IMG/VR virus record: IMGVR_UViG_3300027683_000017
Location: 1-28,265 of that record
Length of the DNA: 28,265 nucleotides
Direction: 5' to 3' (one strand)
Origin: a virus
Taxonomy: Duplodnaviria > Caudoviricetes
Part shown: positions 20,182 through 26,816 of the stretch, one piece after another
Numbering within the stretch: position 1 is the first letter of the stretch
Layout of the letters: every line of letters starts with the position of its first letter
Program-made: the position numbers and the translations under genes
The notes under the pieces: model-generated
The model's input: only the letters and a program-made list of their open reading frames with translations
What the model was told of the DNA's origin: nothing
Databases searched by the model: none

Positions 20182-20213
20182 TGAAGTTAATAAATCTTTT
20201 AGGGAAGGCCAAT
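20182..20213 (-). promoter_or_regulatory. Probable host-type promoter for the HD/sigma operon
   Basis: Minus strand ATTG-N20-TAACTTCA; same spacing as the other host-type promoters but degenerate. Confidence 0.4.
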
Positions 20214-20654
20214 TTACTTTGAAGAAAGGTCAAAAATTTTTTTTAGGAGGGCACATTTTTCATACTCCTCAATTTCTTCAAAATACTTAATAGATAATTT
20301 AAAGGCAACTTCTAATTCACTATCCATATATGAAGTTAAGACTTCTTGGGACTTTTTATCCTTTACTTTAAACTTGCTTATATAAGTGTAAGCTCTTTCA
20401 TATAACATAGCCTCACCTGCCCTTTCTATCTCTTTAACATCTAATTTAGGATCAACTTGTTTAAACATTAAAGTTAACCCTTTATTATAAGAAGTATAAT
20501 TCATAATCATCTTCTTAAACATTTTAAGCATAGTTAATGGGTCATTATAATCTATCTTAGGTAAGGAAGTAGGACTGACATAATCAGGTCCCTTAGGGTC
20601 TAACCCTCCTTTACCCCCAAATAGATCAAAAACTTTATCAGGATCAATAGGCAT
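20214..20654 (-). CDS. Protein with C-terminal UvrB/UvrC (UVR) motif
   Basis: C-terminal SIKYFEEIEEYEKCALLKK; ATATTTAT at 20662-20669. Confidence 0.6.
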   Translation of the reverse strand: MPIDPDKVFDLFGGKGGLDPKGPDYVSPTSLPKIDYNDPLTMLKMFKKMIMNYTSYNKGLTLMFKQVDPKLDVKEIERAGEAMLYERAYTYISKFKVKDKKSQEVLTSYMDSELEVAFKLSIKYFEEIEEYEKCALLKKIFDLSSK

Positions 20655-20668
20655 GTTAATTATAAATA

Positions 20669-21118
20669 TTATTTGCAGTGATAATCAGCCGCTCGTGTAG
20701 CTATCTGTTTAACAGGTTTAATATTAGCTCTATAACCTAAAGATGTGACCCATCCCTTAGCAGCTGAAACTAATTTATTGCTAAAATAAAACTCATCATT
20801 ATTATAATCCAAGTCTATTTCAACCTTAATACTAGGCATATGCTCAGTTATTAAGTTAGCCATTTCTAAAGAAAACTCAGTTTCTTTCCACAACCGTGTC
20901 CAATTATCCTTAGTAGGTGGAAGAACACTTTTTTGAAAAATGTAATGAACCCCATTATTTAGGTAACGATAAGCTATAGCAGTAACATATATAATTTCTT
21001 GCCCATAACGTTGAGAATCCGTTCCTATATGGACTTCTATAAACGGGTCGCCACCTATCATTTTAGCTGTATAGGTGACGGGATTTACCGGTTTTCCATC
21101 AACTGTTCTGAATTTCAT
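20669..21118 (-). CDS. RNase H-like YkuK/DUF458 family protein
   Basis: HIGTDSQ, RLWKE...S, EIDLDYN, IKP...AAD motifs. Confidence 0.8.
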   Translation of the reverse strand: MKFRTVDGKPVNPVTYTAKMIGGDPFIEVHIGTDSQRYGQEIIYVTAIAYRYLNNGVHYIFQKSVLPPTKDNWTRLWKETEFSLEMANLITEHMPSIKVEIDLDYNNDEFYFSNKLVSAAKGWVTSLGYRANIKPVKQIATRAADYHCK

Positions 21119-21456
21119 AGTTCTTCTATTCTTTTAGCTTTGTCGTCTATTACTAAATCAAAATGGGGCTTTTCATCCCCACATTTAAGTTCATGATATT
21201 TACATCCCCACTCATTAAGTTGAGATAAAGTATGTTCTCTATAATCTTTACCTGAAATAGAGCCTCGGGCTGTCCAATAAACTATTTTCCAACCTTCATC
21301 ATAAAGTTTATTTATCTTAGCTATATTTTCATTGTTAGGAACAGATAAATCATATCTTCTCTGTTCTGGGTAGAAACATATTGTTTCATCAATATCTACT
21401 AAAGCTACTTTTTGTTTACCTTCTACTGTAAACCTATCTGAAACATGAAATTCCAT
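21115..21456 (-). CDS. Small HAD-superfamily phosphatase (EcbF/BcbF-like)
   Basis: VDIDETIC (motif I), YWTARG (II), KP (III), IDDKA (IV). Start corrected to MEFHV at 21456 because the longer ORF overlaps tRNAs. Confidence 0.8.
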   Translation of the reverse strand: MEFHVSDRFTVEGKQKVALVDIDETICFYPEQRRYDLSVPNNENIAKINKLYDEGWKIVYWTARGSISGKDYREHTLSQLNEWGCKYHELKCGDEKPHFDLVIDDKAKRIEEL

Positions 21457-21485
21457 AACATTAATGGTTAAGTTTAAAAAATTAG

Positions 21486-21566
21486 TACCCAAGGAGAGAC
21501 TCGAACTCTCACGCCTTTCGGCACTGGCTCCTAAGACCAGCGTGTCTACCATTCCACCACTTGGGC
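21486..21566 (-). tRNA. tRNA-Leu (anticodon TAG)
   Basis: GCCCAAG/CTTGGGT acceptor stem, TGGTAGACA D-loop, CTGGT-CT-TAG-GA-GCCAG anticodon arm, long variable arm, GTTCGAGT T-loop; no encoded CCA. Confidence 0.95.
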
Positions 21567-21589
21567 ATCCTCTATTTGCTTCGTTCGGG

Positions 21590-21674
21590 CGGAAGATGTT
21601 GGATTCGAACCAACGCATCAATTTCTTGACGACGGTTTAGCAAACCGCTCCATTAACCACTCTGGCAATCTTCC
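21590..21674 (-). tRNA. tRNA-Ser (anticodon GCT)
   Basis: GGAAGAT/ATCTTCC acceptor stem, GCGGT-TT-GCT-AA-ACCGT anticodon arm, long variable arm, GTTCGAAT, discriminator G. Confidence 0.95.
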
Positions 21675-21680
21675 TTTAGG

Positions 21681-21765
21681 CGGTGAGGGAGAGATTCGAA
21701 CTCTCGGTACCTTGCAGTACAACGGTTTTCAAGACCGCCGCAATAGACCACTCTGCCACCTCACC
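21681..21765 (-). tRNA. tRNA-Ser (anticodon TGA)
   Basis: GGTGAGG/CCTCACC acceptor stem, GCGGT-CT-TGA-AA-ACCGT anticodon arm, long variable arm, GTTCGAAT, discriminator G. Confidence 0.95.
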
Positions 21766-21774
21766 TAGAGCCCA

Positions 21775-21960
21775 TTACTGGGCTGGCTCTGGAGTTTCTG
21801 CTGGGAGAGTCTCGAGTGAGTCGAGCAACTCGTGAACAGAATCAACAGGTGCTACATGAGCTGTTGAATCCTGAGCAGCAGTTTCACAGTTTTCACATTC
21901 GCCGTGGTTCCCACATCCCATGAGACCCACAATGGCCATAACAACAAACAAGTTTTTCAT
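21775..21960 (-). CDS. Small lipoprotein (signal peptidase II substrate)
   Basis: MKNLFVVMAIVGLMG|C lipobox and an acidic Pro/Ala-rich mature part; ATACTTAT element 7 nt upstream supports the 21960 start. Confidence 0.75.
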   Translation of the reverse strand: MKNLFVVMAIVGLMGCGNHGECENCETAAQDSTAHVAPVDSVHELLDSLETLPAETPEPAQ

Positions 21961-21983
21961 ATCTATTATAAGTATTAAATTTT

Positions 21984-22151
21984 TTACCAAATATCCCATT
22001 CTTGACCAGCCATAATATAAGCTGAGCCGGAGTCTAAGGTTGGGTTTTCAAGCATAAAGGCTATTGCTGTTGATCTAACTTCGGTTACAAGACCATGCTT
22101 ATTAGCTTCATTTAAAACAGCATCAACAATATCTTTATAGTTATTATTCAT
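21984..22151 (-). CDS. Small hypothetical protein (55 aa, not in ORF track)
   Basis: Manual translation MNNNYKDIVDAVLNEANKHGLVTEVRSTAIAFMLENPTLDSGSAYIMAGQEWDIW*; A-rich leader; fills the gap between neighbours. Confidence 0.65.
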   Translation of the reverse strand: MNNNYKDIVDAVLNEANKHGLVTEVRSTAIAFMLENPTLDSGSAYIMAGQEWDIW

Positions 22152-22172
22152 TTTTTTTCTTTTTTTGTTATT

Positions 22173-22195
22173 GGGGGAGGCACTTTACCTCCCCC
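22173..22195 (-). terminator. GC-rich stem-loop downstream of DUF932 (terminator or processing/stability hairpin)
   Basis: Minus strand GGGGGAGGT-AAAGT-GCCTCCCCC; no clear U-tract after it. Confidence 0.45.
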
Positions 22196-22222
22196 TCAAA
22201 CAACATGGCATATATATTAATC

Positions 22223-23017
22223 TCAAACGAATTGAGAAGCGATTTCATACAATTCTTTGTTAATTTTTAAATCTTGCTTGAAATTCTTAACACGACGAGC
22301 TTTACGGAGTTTAACACCACTAACATATTCAAAATCCCCATCAATCATTTTTTCTTGGAGAACATTAAATACATTCCACAAATCATTCCCTTCATCCTCC
22401 TTGCGAGTTGGTTTGAGAACTTCTTCAATATTAATTCCATAGTCTTTAATAATATTTTGGTTTTCATTAATTTTTTCAAAACGAGTTTCAAGAGCCTTTT
22501 TAGCGAACTCTACTTTTTGTTCTTGAGACAAAATAGTACTCTTGAACTTATTCATTACCTCAACAGTAACTGGAAGCTGCCCTACCAATTCAGATACAAT
22601 TGCTTGAACTTCTTCAAATGAATAGCCCATATGGCGGACTTTTTTATCAGCAAAATGCTCAGTGGCAACTACCAAACCATTAGAACAAACCAACCTAAAC
22701 AAACCAGCTGTAAATTGAAAGCTATTCTTACCATCATGAGAGTTTGAGATAAGAATTTGTGGGTAAACTGTGTCACCATCATTACCATCAATTACAATAT
22801 CTGGGTTACGAAAAACTAGCATGTGTTTTTGGAAACCTTTGTTACGGCGGGCTCGAACTTCAACAGCCTTGCTAACACCCCATCCCATTTTTTCCATATC
22901 ATCAATGATGCGGTCAGTTGGAATGTGAACATACTTGTCTGAAGAACCTGCCATTTTGTGAGAGGTAAAAACTGAAGGCGCTGTTTCTTTGATTTGGTTT
23001 CTTGTGAGAAATTCCAT
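22223..23017 (-). CDS. DUF932/DUF945 family protein
   Basis: APSVF...SDKYVHIPT, KHMLVFR, ILISNSHDGKNSF...GLFRLVCSNGLV, R-x-ED...DLWNVFNVLQE, N-x-x-L motifs. Confidence 0.88.
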   Translation of the reverse strand: MEFLTRNQIKETAPSVFTSHKMAGSSDKYVHIPTDRIIDDMEKMGWGVSKAVEVRARRNKGFQKHMLVFRNPDIVIDGNDGDTVYPQILISNSHDGKNSFQFTAGLFRLVCSNGLVVATEHFADKKVRHMGYSFEEVQAIVSELVGQLPVTVEVMNKFKSTILSQEQKVEFAKKALETRFEKINENQNIIKDYGINIEEVLKPTRKEDEGNDLWNVFNVLQEKMIDGDFEYVSGVKLRKARRVKNFKQDLKINKELYEIASQFV

Positions 23018-23040
23018 AACTTTTATTTTTTATTTTTATT

Positions 23041-23072
23041 TAAATATAATAAGCTTAGAGTGTGGAGCCAAG
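23041..23072 (-). promoter_or_regulatory. Host-type promoter for DUF932
   Basis: Minus strand CTTG-N20-TATATTTA. Confidence 0.65.
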
Positions 23073-23075
23073 TTC

Positions 23076-23327
23076 TTAGTTAAAGAGAGCTTGAAACTCA
23101 AGCAAATCTTTTTCGGCTTCCTCGTAATTACCAATTCCGTATTGGTCAACAATCAAGTAAAGAGCATGTTCATCATCAAAAGCAGCCATCACATGATCAC
23201 CTTCAGTGGCTTTAAGGTATTTTCTAATCATGATAGCAGTAACAATAAGCTCATCAAATGAACATTCATTCTCAATAAGTTTTGAAGCAAACTCATTTGT
23301 CAATTCGGGCAAAGCTGAAATAGTCAT
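23076..23327 (-). CDS. Acidic hypothetical early protein
   Basis: 83-aa D/E-rich ORF with its own host-type promoter. Confidence 0.65.
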   Translation of the reverse strand: MTISALPELTNEFASKLIENECSFDELIVTAIMIRKYLKATEGDHVMAAFDDEHALYLIVDQYGIGNYEEAEKDLLEFQALFN

Positions 23328-23358
23328 GTTGTTAAATTTTATTTCTTATTTTACACTC

Positions 23359-23390
23359 TAAAGATAACAAATTTAGCCTGTCAAGCCAAA
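23359..23390 (-). promoter_or_regulatory. Host-type promoter
   Basis: Minus strand TTTG-N20-TATCTTTA. Confidence 0.7.
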
Positions 23391-23394
23391 CTTT

Positions 23395-23787
23395 TTAATA
23401 AGAAAGATTAACCCCGTAAACTGTTGTAACAGACCCACTTAAAACTGTAGGATTTGTTGCTATAAACTTAATATGACTTGCAGGTATGGTAACAGATGGA
23501 GTAAAGGAAAAAGTCGCTGTAGATGACGGATTTACTATAAAACCCGCATGTATTGACTCTGTTATAACAGTACAGTTTGTAAGAGAAGAAATAGAAGCAG
23601 AGTTAAAAACTTGTCTATAAGCTACTCCTCCATAAGGAGAACTTGGATCAGAAAAAGTAGTTCCTTCAATAACAAAATAAGTTACATAGGGGATATCATT
23701 TATTAAAGTAAAAGTAGTAGCTCCAACAGATAAATTAGCTGAAGCAGTAACTCCATTTCTTAAATCAGTTCTTGTGTATGTTGGCAT
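23395..23787 (-). CDS. Small beta-rich late protein, possibly a virion decoration protein
   Basis: S/T-rich composition like the structural genes; ATATTTAT at 23792-23799. Confidence 0.55.
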   Translation of the reverse strand: MPTYTRTDLRNGVTASANLSVGATTFTLINDIPYVTYFVIEGTTFSDPSSPYGGVAYRQVFNSASISSLTNCTVITESIHAGFIVNPSSTATFSFTPSVTIPASHIKFIATNPTVLSGSVTTVYGVNLSY

Positions 23788-23855
23788 GTTAATAAATATC
23801 CAAGATCAAGCCAACTTGCACATACCTCACCTCAAAATATCCGTATATACAAACC

Positions 23856-24656
23856 TTATCTAAAATCTAATGGATCTTCAGTAGGAAACTCATAATCATC
23901 ATCATACTTGCCTTCCCCTTTTCCTCCTTTATAAGGCCCAATTTTATAAAAATAAGCTAAATCATCAGGCAATATAAAAAAATCAGGTTTAAAAGTATTT
24001 CCTACATATAAAACTTCATCTTCAGTGAAGGAAGATATAGTGTTCATAAAATCAGGGTTAAATATAAAATTTGGATTATCCGAGGAAATCCCAATAATAA
24101 TAGGAACTCGATCAGAGGTATCTCGAGATTGCCTTGAAATGAAATTATAAGCGATTCTCGGGTCTGTAGTGAATGAATGGATGCCCCTTTGGCTACGAGG
24201 AGCAACTTCTAACCCGGGGTTGGGAACTGCTATAAATTCATATTTTGATAGATCAATATAATCATCCCAATTGAGTTTTTCAAATGTAGAGAGGGGGATA
24301 GTAGCTCCCCTGAGGATTAGTTTTTTACCACGAGGAGTAGCAATCAAATCATTTGAGTTGGTGGATGCTAAGGGGTCTAAGATCCTGGGAAATTTGGATT
24401 TTAAGGATAGGAGCTTTGGGGCGTTACTAACTAAAATAGAAGGGATATCTACCCCTTGTCCTATTGTTGCTTTTGTAAAAGACCTTAACCCCGATAAGAA
24501 TTCATTTTCATCTTCTGTATTTTTTTCATGTTCATCCCCAATTAAATAAGCAAATTTGGCTCTTTTTGAATTGTTAGTTTTTATAGCGGGTGAATATGGA
24601 TCGGCAAATAGTCTTTTACCGTACTCTAGTTCTCTGAGGATATTAACTAATTTCAC
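23856..24656 (-). CDS. Putative ADP-ribosyltransferase (R-S-E clade)
   Basis: LILRG ... HSFTTDPRIAYNF ... FTEDEVLY in the canonical order; GTG start 5 nt after ATATTTAT. Confidence 0.65.
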   Translation of the reverse strand: MKLVNILRELEYGKRLFADPYSPAIKTNNSKRAKFAYLIGDEHEKNTEDENEFLSGLRSFTKATIGQGVDIPSILVSNAPKLLSLKSKFPRILDPLASTNSNDLIATPRGKKLILRGATIPLSTFEKLNWDDYIDLSKYEFIAVPNPGLEVAPRSQRGIHSFTTDPRIAYNFISRQSRDTSDRVPIIIGISSDNPNFIFNPDFMNTISSFTEDEVLYVGNTFKPDFFILPDDLAYFYKIGPYKGGKGEGKYDDDYEFPTEDPLDFR

Positions 24657-24668
24657 GGTTAATAAATA

Positions 24669-24740
24669 TTATAAGGCATCATGAGGATACCATTCATCAT
24701 CATCCCATTCTGAGATGATTTCGTTTTCTTCTTCGTCCAT
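24669..24740 (-). CDS. Possible 23-aa acidic micro-peptide
   Basis: MDEEENEIISEWDDDEWYPHDAL*; ATATTTAT at 24807-24814 upstream. Confidence 0.35.
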   Translation of the reverse strand: MDEEENEIISEWDDDEWYPHDAL

Positions 24741-25066
24741 AGATCATTAAATGTTTGAAGGTTAGTATGTAGTTTTTAGAGAGGAAACCTGGGTTAACTC
24801 ATAACAATAAATATAGGTATATGTTTTTTCAATAGCAAAAAGTTTTAAAGATCTTTTTTTACAATTTTGTGGCTTTTGAAAAGGTTTGGCAAAATGGGAA
24901 AATGGGATAAGTTATGGGATATAGGTATATATTTTGTCGATGGGAAAGGTTTACTCTCCCCATTAAAAACACCACACCCTGCTAACATACCCGGTCCGCA
25001 TCGATGGATAACAACGCGCGTGGGAGATACGGTGCTATATAGCGGTACGTACGTACGACACAGATA

Positions 25067-25092
25067 CGACAGACTCCTTACGGAACCTGTCG
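25067..25092 (-). terminator. Hairpin closing the early gene array
   Basis: Minus strand CGACAGGTTCC-GTAA-GGAGTCTGTCG: 11-bp stem with two G-U pairs and a GNRA loop, 25 nt after the AT-hook gene stop; pairs fully only on the minus strand. Confidence 0.65.
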
Positions 25093-25117
25093 CACCACAT
25101 TCTTATCGTTTTGTAAA

Positions 25118-25414
25118 TTACGCCTCGACAGATTCGACAACTTTTTTAGGGCGGCCGGGCTTTCCACCTCCCATTGCTTTTTTAGCGTTCAATTCGGCAA
25201 TTCGCATTTGACGCTTCGATTCCGGGTTCACAGTACCTGCTGGTCGACCGCGCTTAATTACTTCACCACTTGCGATACGATTCGCAATTTCGGTCAAACG
25301 CTTCTGACGAGCCGATTCTGGATTGATACCGCTGCCAACCGGCCGACCGGCCTTACGCTTTTCAACATTCAATTCAACGTTCATCACGACTTGGTTTTTG
25401 GTGTTCTTAGACAT
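25118..25414 (-). CDS. Basic AT-hook (GRP) repeat DNA-binding protein
   Basis: KAGRPVGSGINPESARQKR, KRGRPAGTVNPESKRQMR, KPGRPKK. Confidence 0.75.
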   Translation of the reverse strand: MSKNTKNQVVMNVELNVEKRKAGRPVGSGINPESARQKRLTEIANRIASGEVIKRGRPAGTVNPESKRQMRIAELNAKKAMGGGKPGRPKKVVESVEA

Positions 25415-25520
25415 GGTGTGTTGTGTTTTGTTTGTGTGTGTTTTTTTTAAATCTTATACCTAAATATAACGATCAATCTTGCGGTTCTAAAATCCTAAGT
25501 GTGCGTTGTTTGCGTTTGAA

Positions 25521-25643
25521 TTACTTATCTTCGCTCTTAGTGAGCGTGTAGATGATTGGATATGTAACTAAGAAAACACTGTATGCGATTAAGCCATATG
25601 ACCCAACAGTGAAAATAGCGTTCATAACAGTTTCAAAATTCAT
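25521..25643 (-). CDS. 40-aa single-pass membrane peptide (not in ORF track)
   Basis: MNFETVMNAIFTVGSYGLIAYSVFLVTYPIIYTLTKSEDK*; own promoter at 25687-25717. Confidence 0.65.
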   Translation of the reverse strand: MNFETVMNAIFTVGSYGLIAYSVFLVTYPIIYTLTKSEDK

Positions 25644-25729
25644 GGTCGGTTGGTTTTGGTGTGTATTACTTTTAAATCTTATACCGTAAATATACTATCT
25701 GATTACGGTGGGTCAAAACCCTGAATACA

Positions 25730-25966
25730 TTAGTAACTGGTATCCCAAGATTTATTAACCAACATTTCGTTCAATCGCTCTAAACTCTTCCTACCCCCAT
25801 GTCTGAGTTCGGAGTACCTATCCAACAAATCATCATCATTTGAGTTGGTTAGTGTTTCATTAGATAACTCTACAACGTATCCTGCTCCTATAGCCCCGAA
25901 GGACATACCTGTGTCTCTACCCTCTCGAATCTTAACTATAGACACATTTACATTGTTGATGGTCAT
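25730..25966 (-). CDS. Hypothetical early protein
   Basis: 78 aa; own promoter at 26014-26044. Confidence 0.7.
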   Translation of the reverse strand: MTINNVNVSIVKIREGRDTGMSFGAIGAGYVVELSNETLTNSNDDDLLDRYSELRHGGRKSLERLNEMLVNKSWDTSY

Positions 25967-26069
25967 TTGGCTTTGTGTTTGGTTGATGTATATTACTTTT
26001 AAAACTTATACTGTAAATATACGACCTGATTGCGTTGGGTCAAAGCCCTGGGTGCGTGTTGTTTAGGTC

Positions 26070-26270
26070 TTAAAATATCGCTCCCGTCTTATTCAACTCC
26101 GCTGCGTCAAACGCCTTAACAACTACCTCCTCAAACGTCTCCTCGTTACGTGCTTTTCCATACTTCAAAGCATCTTCATATGTCCCATTGTACAGGTTAA
26201 ACATCCTGTGACCTGAACAATCATAACCGCTATACTCAGTCCAAAATATGATCCACAGGTTGTTGTTCAT
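26070..26270 (-). CDS. Hypothetical early protein
   Basis: 66 aa; own promoter at 26297-26328. Confidence 0.7.
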   Translation of the reverse strand: MNNNLWIIFWTEYSGYDCSGHRMFNLYNGTYEDALKYGKARNEETFEEVVVKAFDAAELNKTGAIF

Positions 26271-26341
26271 TTCTTTATCTTTTAAATCTTATGAACTAAA
26301 TATAACGATCAGTTTCGGTTAAACCAAACCCCTAACTCCAC

Positions 26342-26491
26342 TCACTTATGTCTCAACCTCTTAAATACATCAAGCAACTCTGGGTTGTTCATTATCCTAT
26401 CCCTCAATGCCTTTGACTTTTGATCCAAGAAATCGTTATATTCTTTCTCACTCTTAAATCCATTCTTTTTCCAATTTTCCATTTTAATCAT
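26342..26491 (-). CDS. 49-aa hypothetical early protein (not in ORF track)
   Basis: MIKMENWKKNGFKSEKEYNDFLDQKSKALRDRIMNNPELLDVFKRLRHK*; own promoter at 26517-26548. Confidence 0.65.
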   Translation of the reverse strand: MIKMENWKKNGFKSEKEYNDFLDQKSKALRDRIMNNPELLDVFKRLRHK

Positions 26492-26561
26492 TATTTTTAT
26501 TATTAAATCTTATACATAAATATAACGATCAGTTTCAGTTAAACCAAACCCTTCAACTCAT

Positions 26562-26816
26562 TTACCCCTTAAATTCCTTAATCAACCCTTCAACCAACCC
26601 CAACAACTCATCATTATTACCCTTAAATCCAAAATACTTCTTCACATCACCAATTTTCCAATGACGGTTTGGTTTCAAACCAACACTATACATTTTCAAC
26701 TGTCCCCGCAACACATTCAAATTCCAATAACAAACTGGTACTTCATTACCGTTTACCGTAACCGTCTTTCCACTCTCAACCTCCAACCAGAACTGGGAAT
26801 TTTTGTTAATAGTCAT
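26562..26816 (-). CDS. Hypothetical early protein
   Basis: 84 aa; own promoter at 26843-26874. Confidence 0.7.
   Translation of the reverse strand: MTINKNSQFWLEVESGKTVTVNGNEVPVCYWNLNVLRGQLKMYSVGLKPNRHWKIGDVKKYFGFKGNNDELLGLVEGLIKEFKG

Noticed and set aside
15717-20669. T4-type TATAAATA late promoters on the + strand (15717, 20661)
   Set aside because: They would point away from all genes; better read as the reverse complement of the minus-strand ATATTTAT element.
21457-21621. N-terminal extension of the 168-aa ORF 21115..21621
   Set aside because: It reads through tRNA-Leu and part of tRNA-Ser; the HAD motifs begin after the ATG at 21456.
21486-21765. Suppressor or selenocysteine tRNAs and a recoded genetic code
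   Set aside because: Anticodons TAG and TGA read CUA (Leu) and UCA (Ser); suppressors would need CTA or TCA. Genes are intact in the standard code, and TAG and TGA both serve as stops.
21961-21999. Upstream start of the 74-aa ORF 21775..21999
   Set aside because: It overlaps the end of the 55-aa gene and would bury the signal peptide; the ATG at 21960 fits the lipobox and promoter spacing.
24867-25450. Plus-strand ORFs 24867..25211 and 25208..25450
   Set aside because: Antisense to the AT-hook gene and its hairpin, non-ATG starts, and against the all-minus gene orientation.
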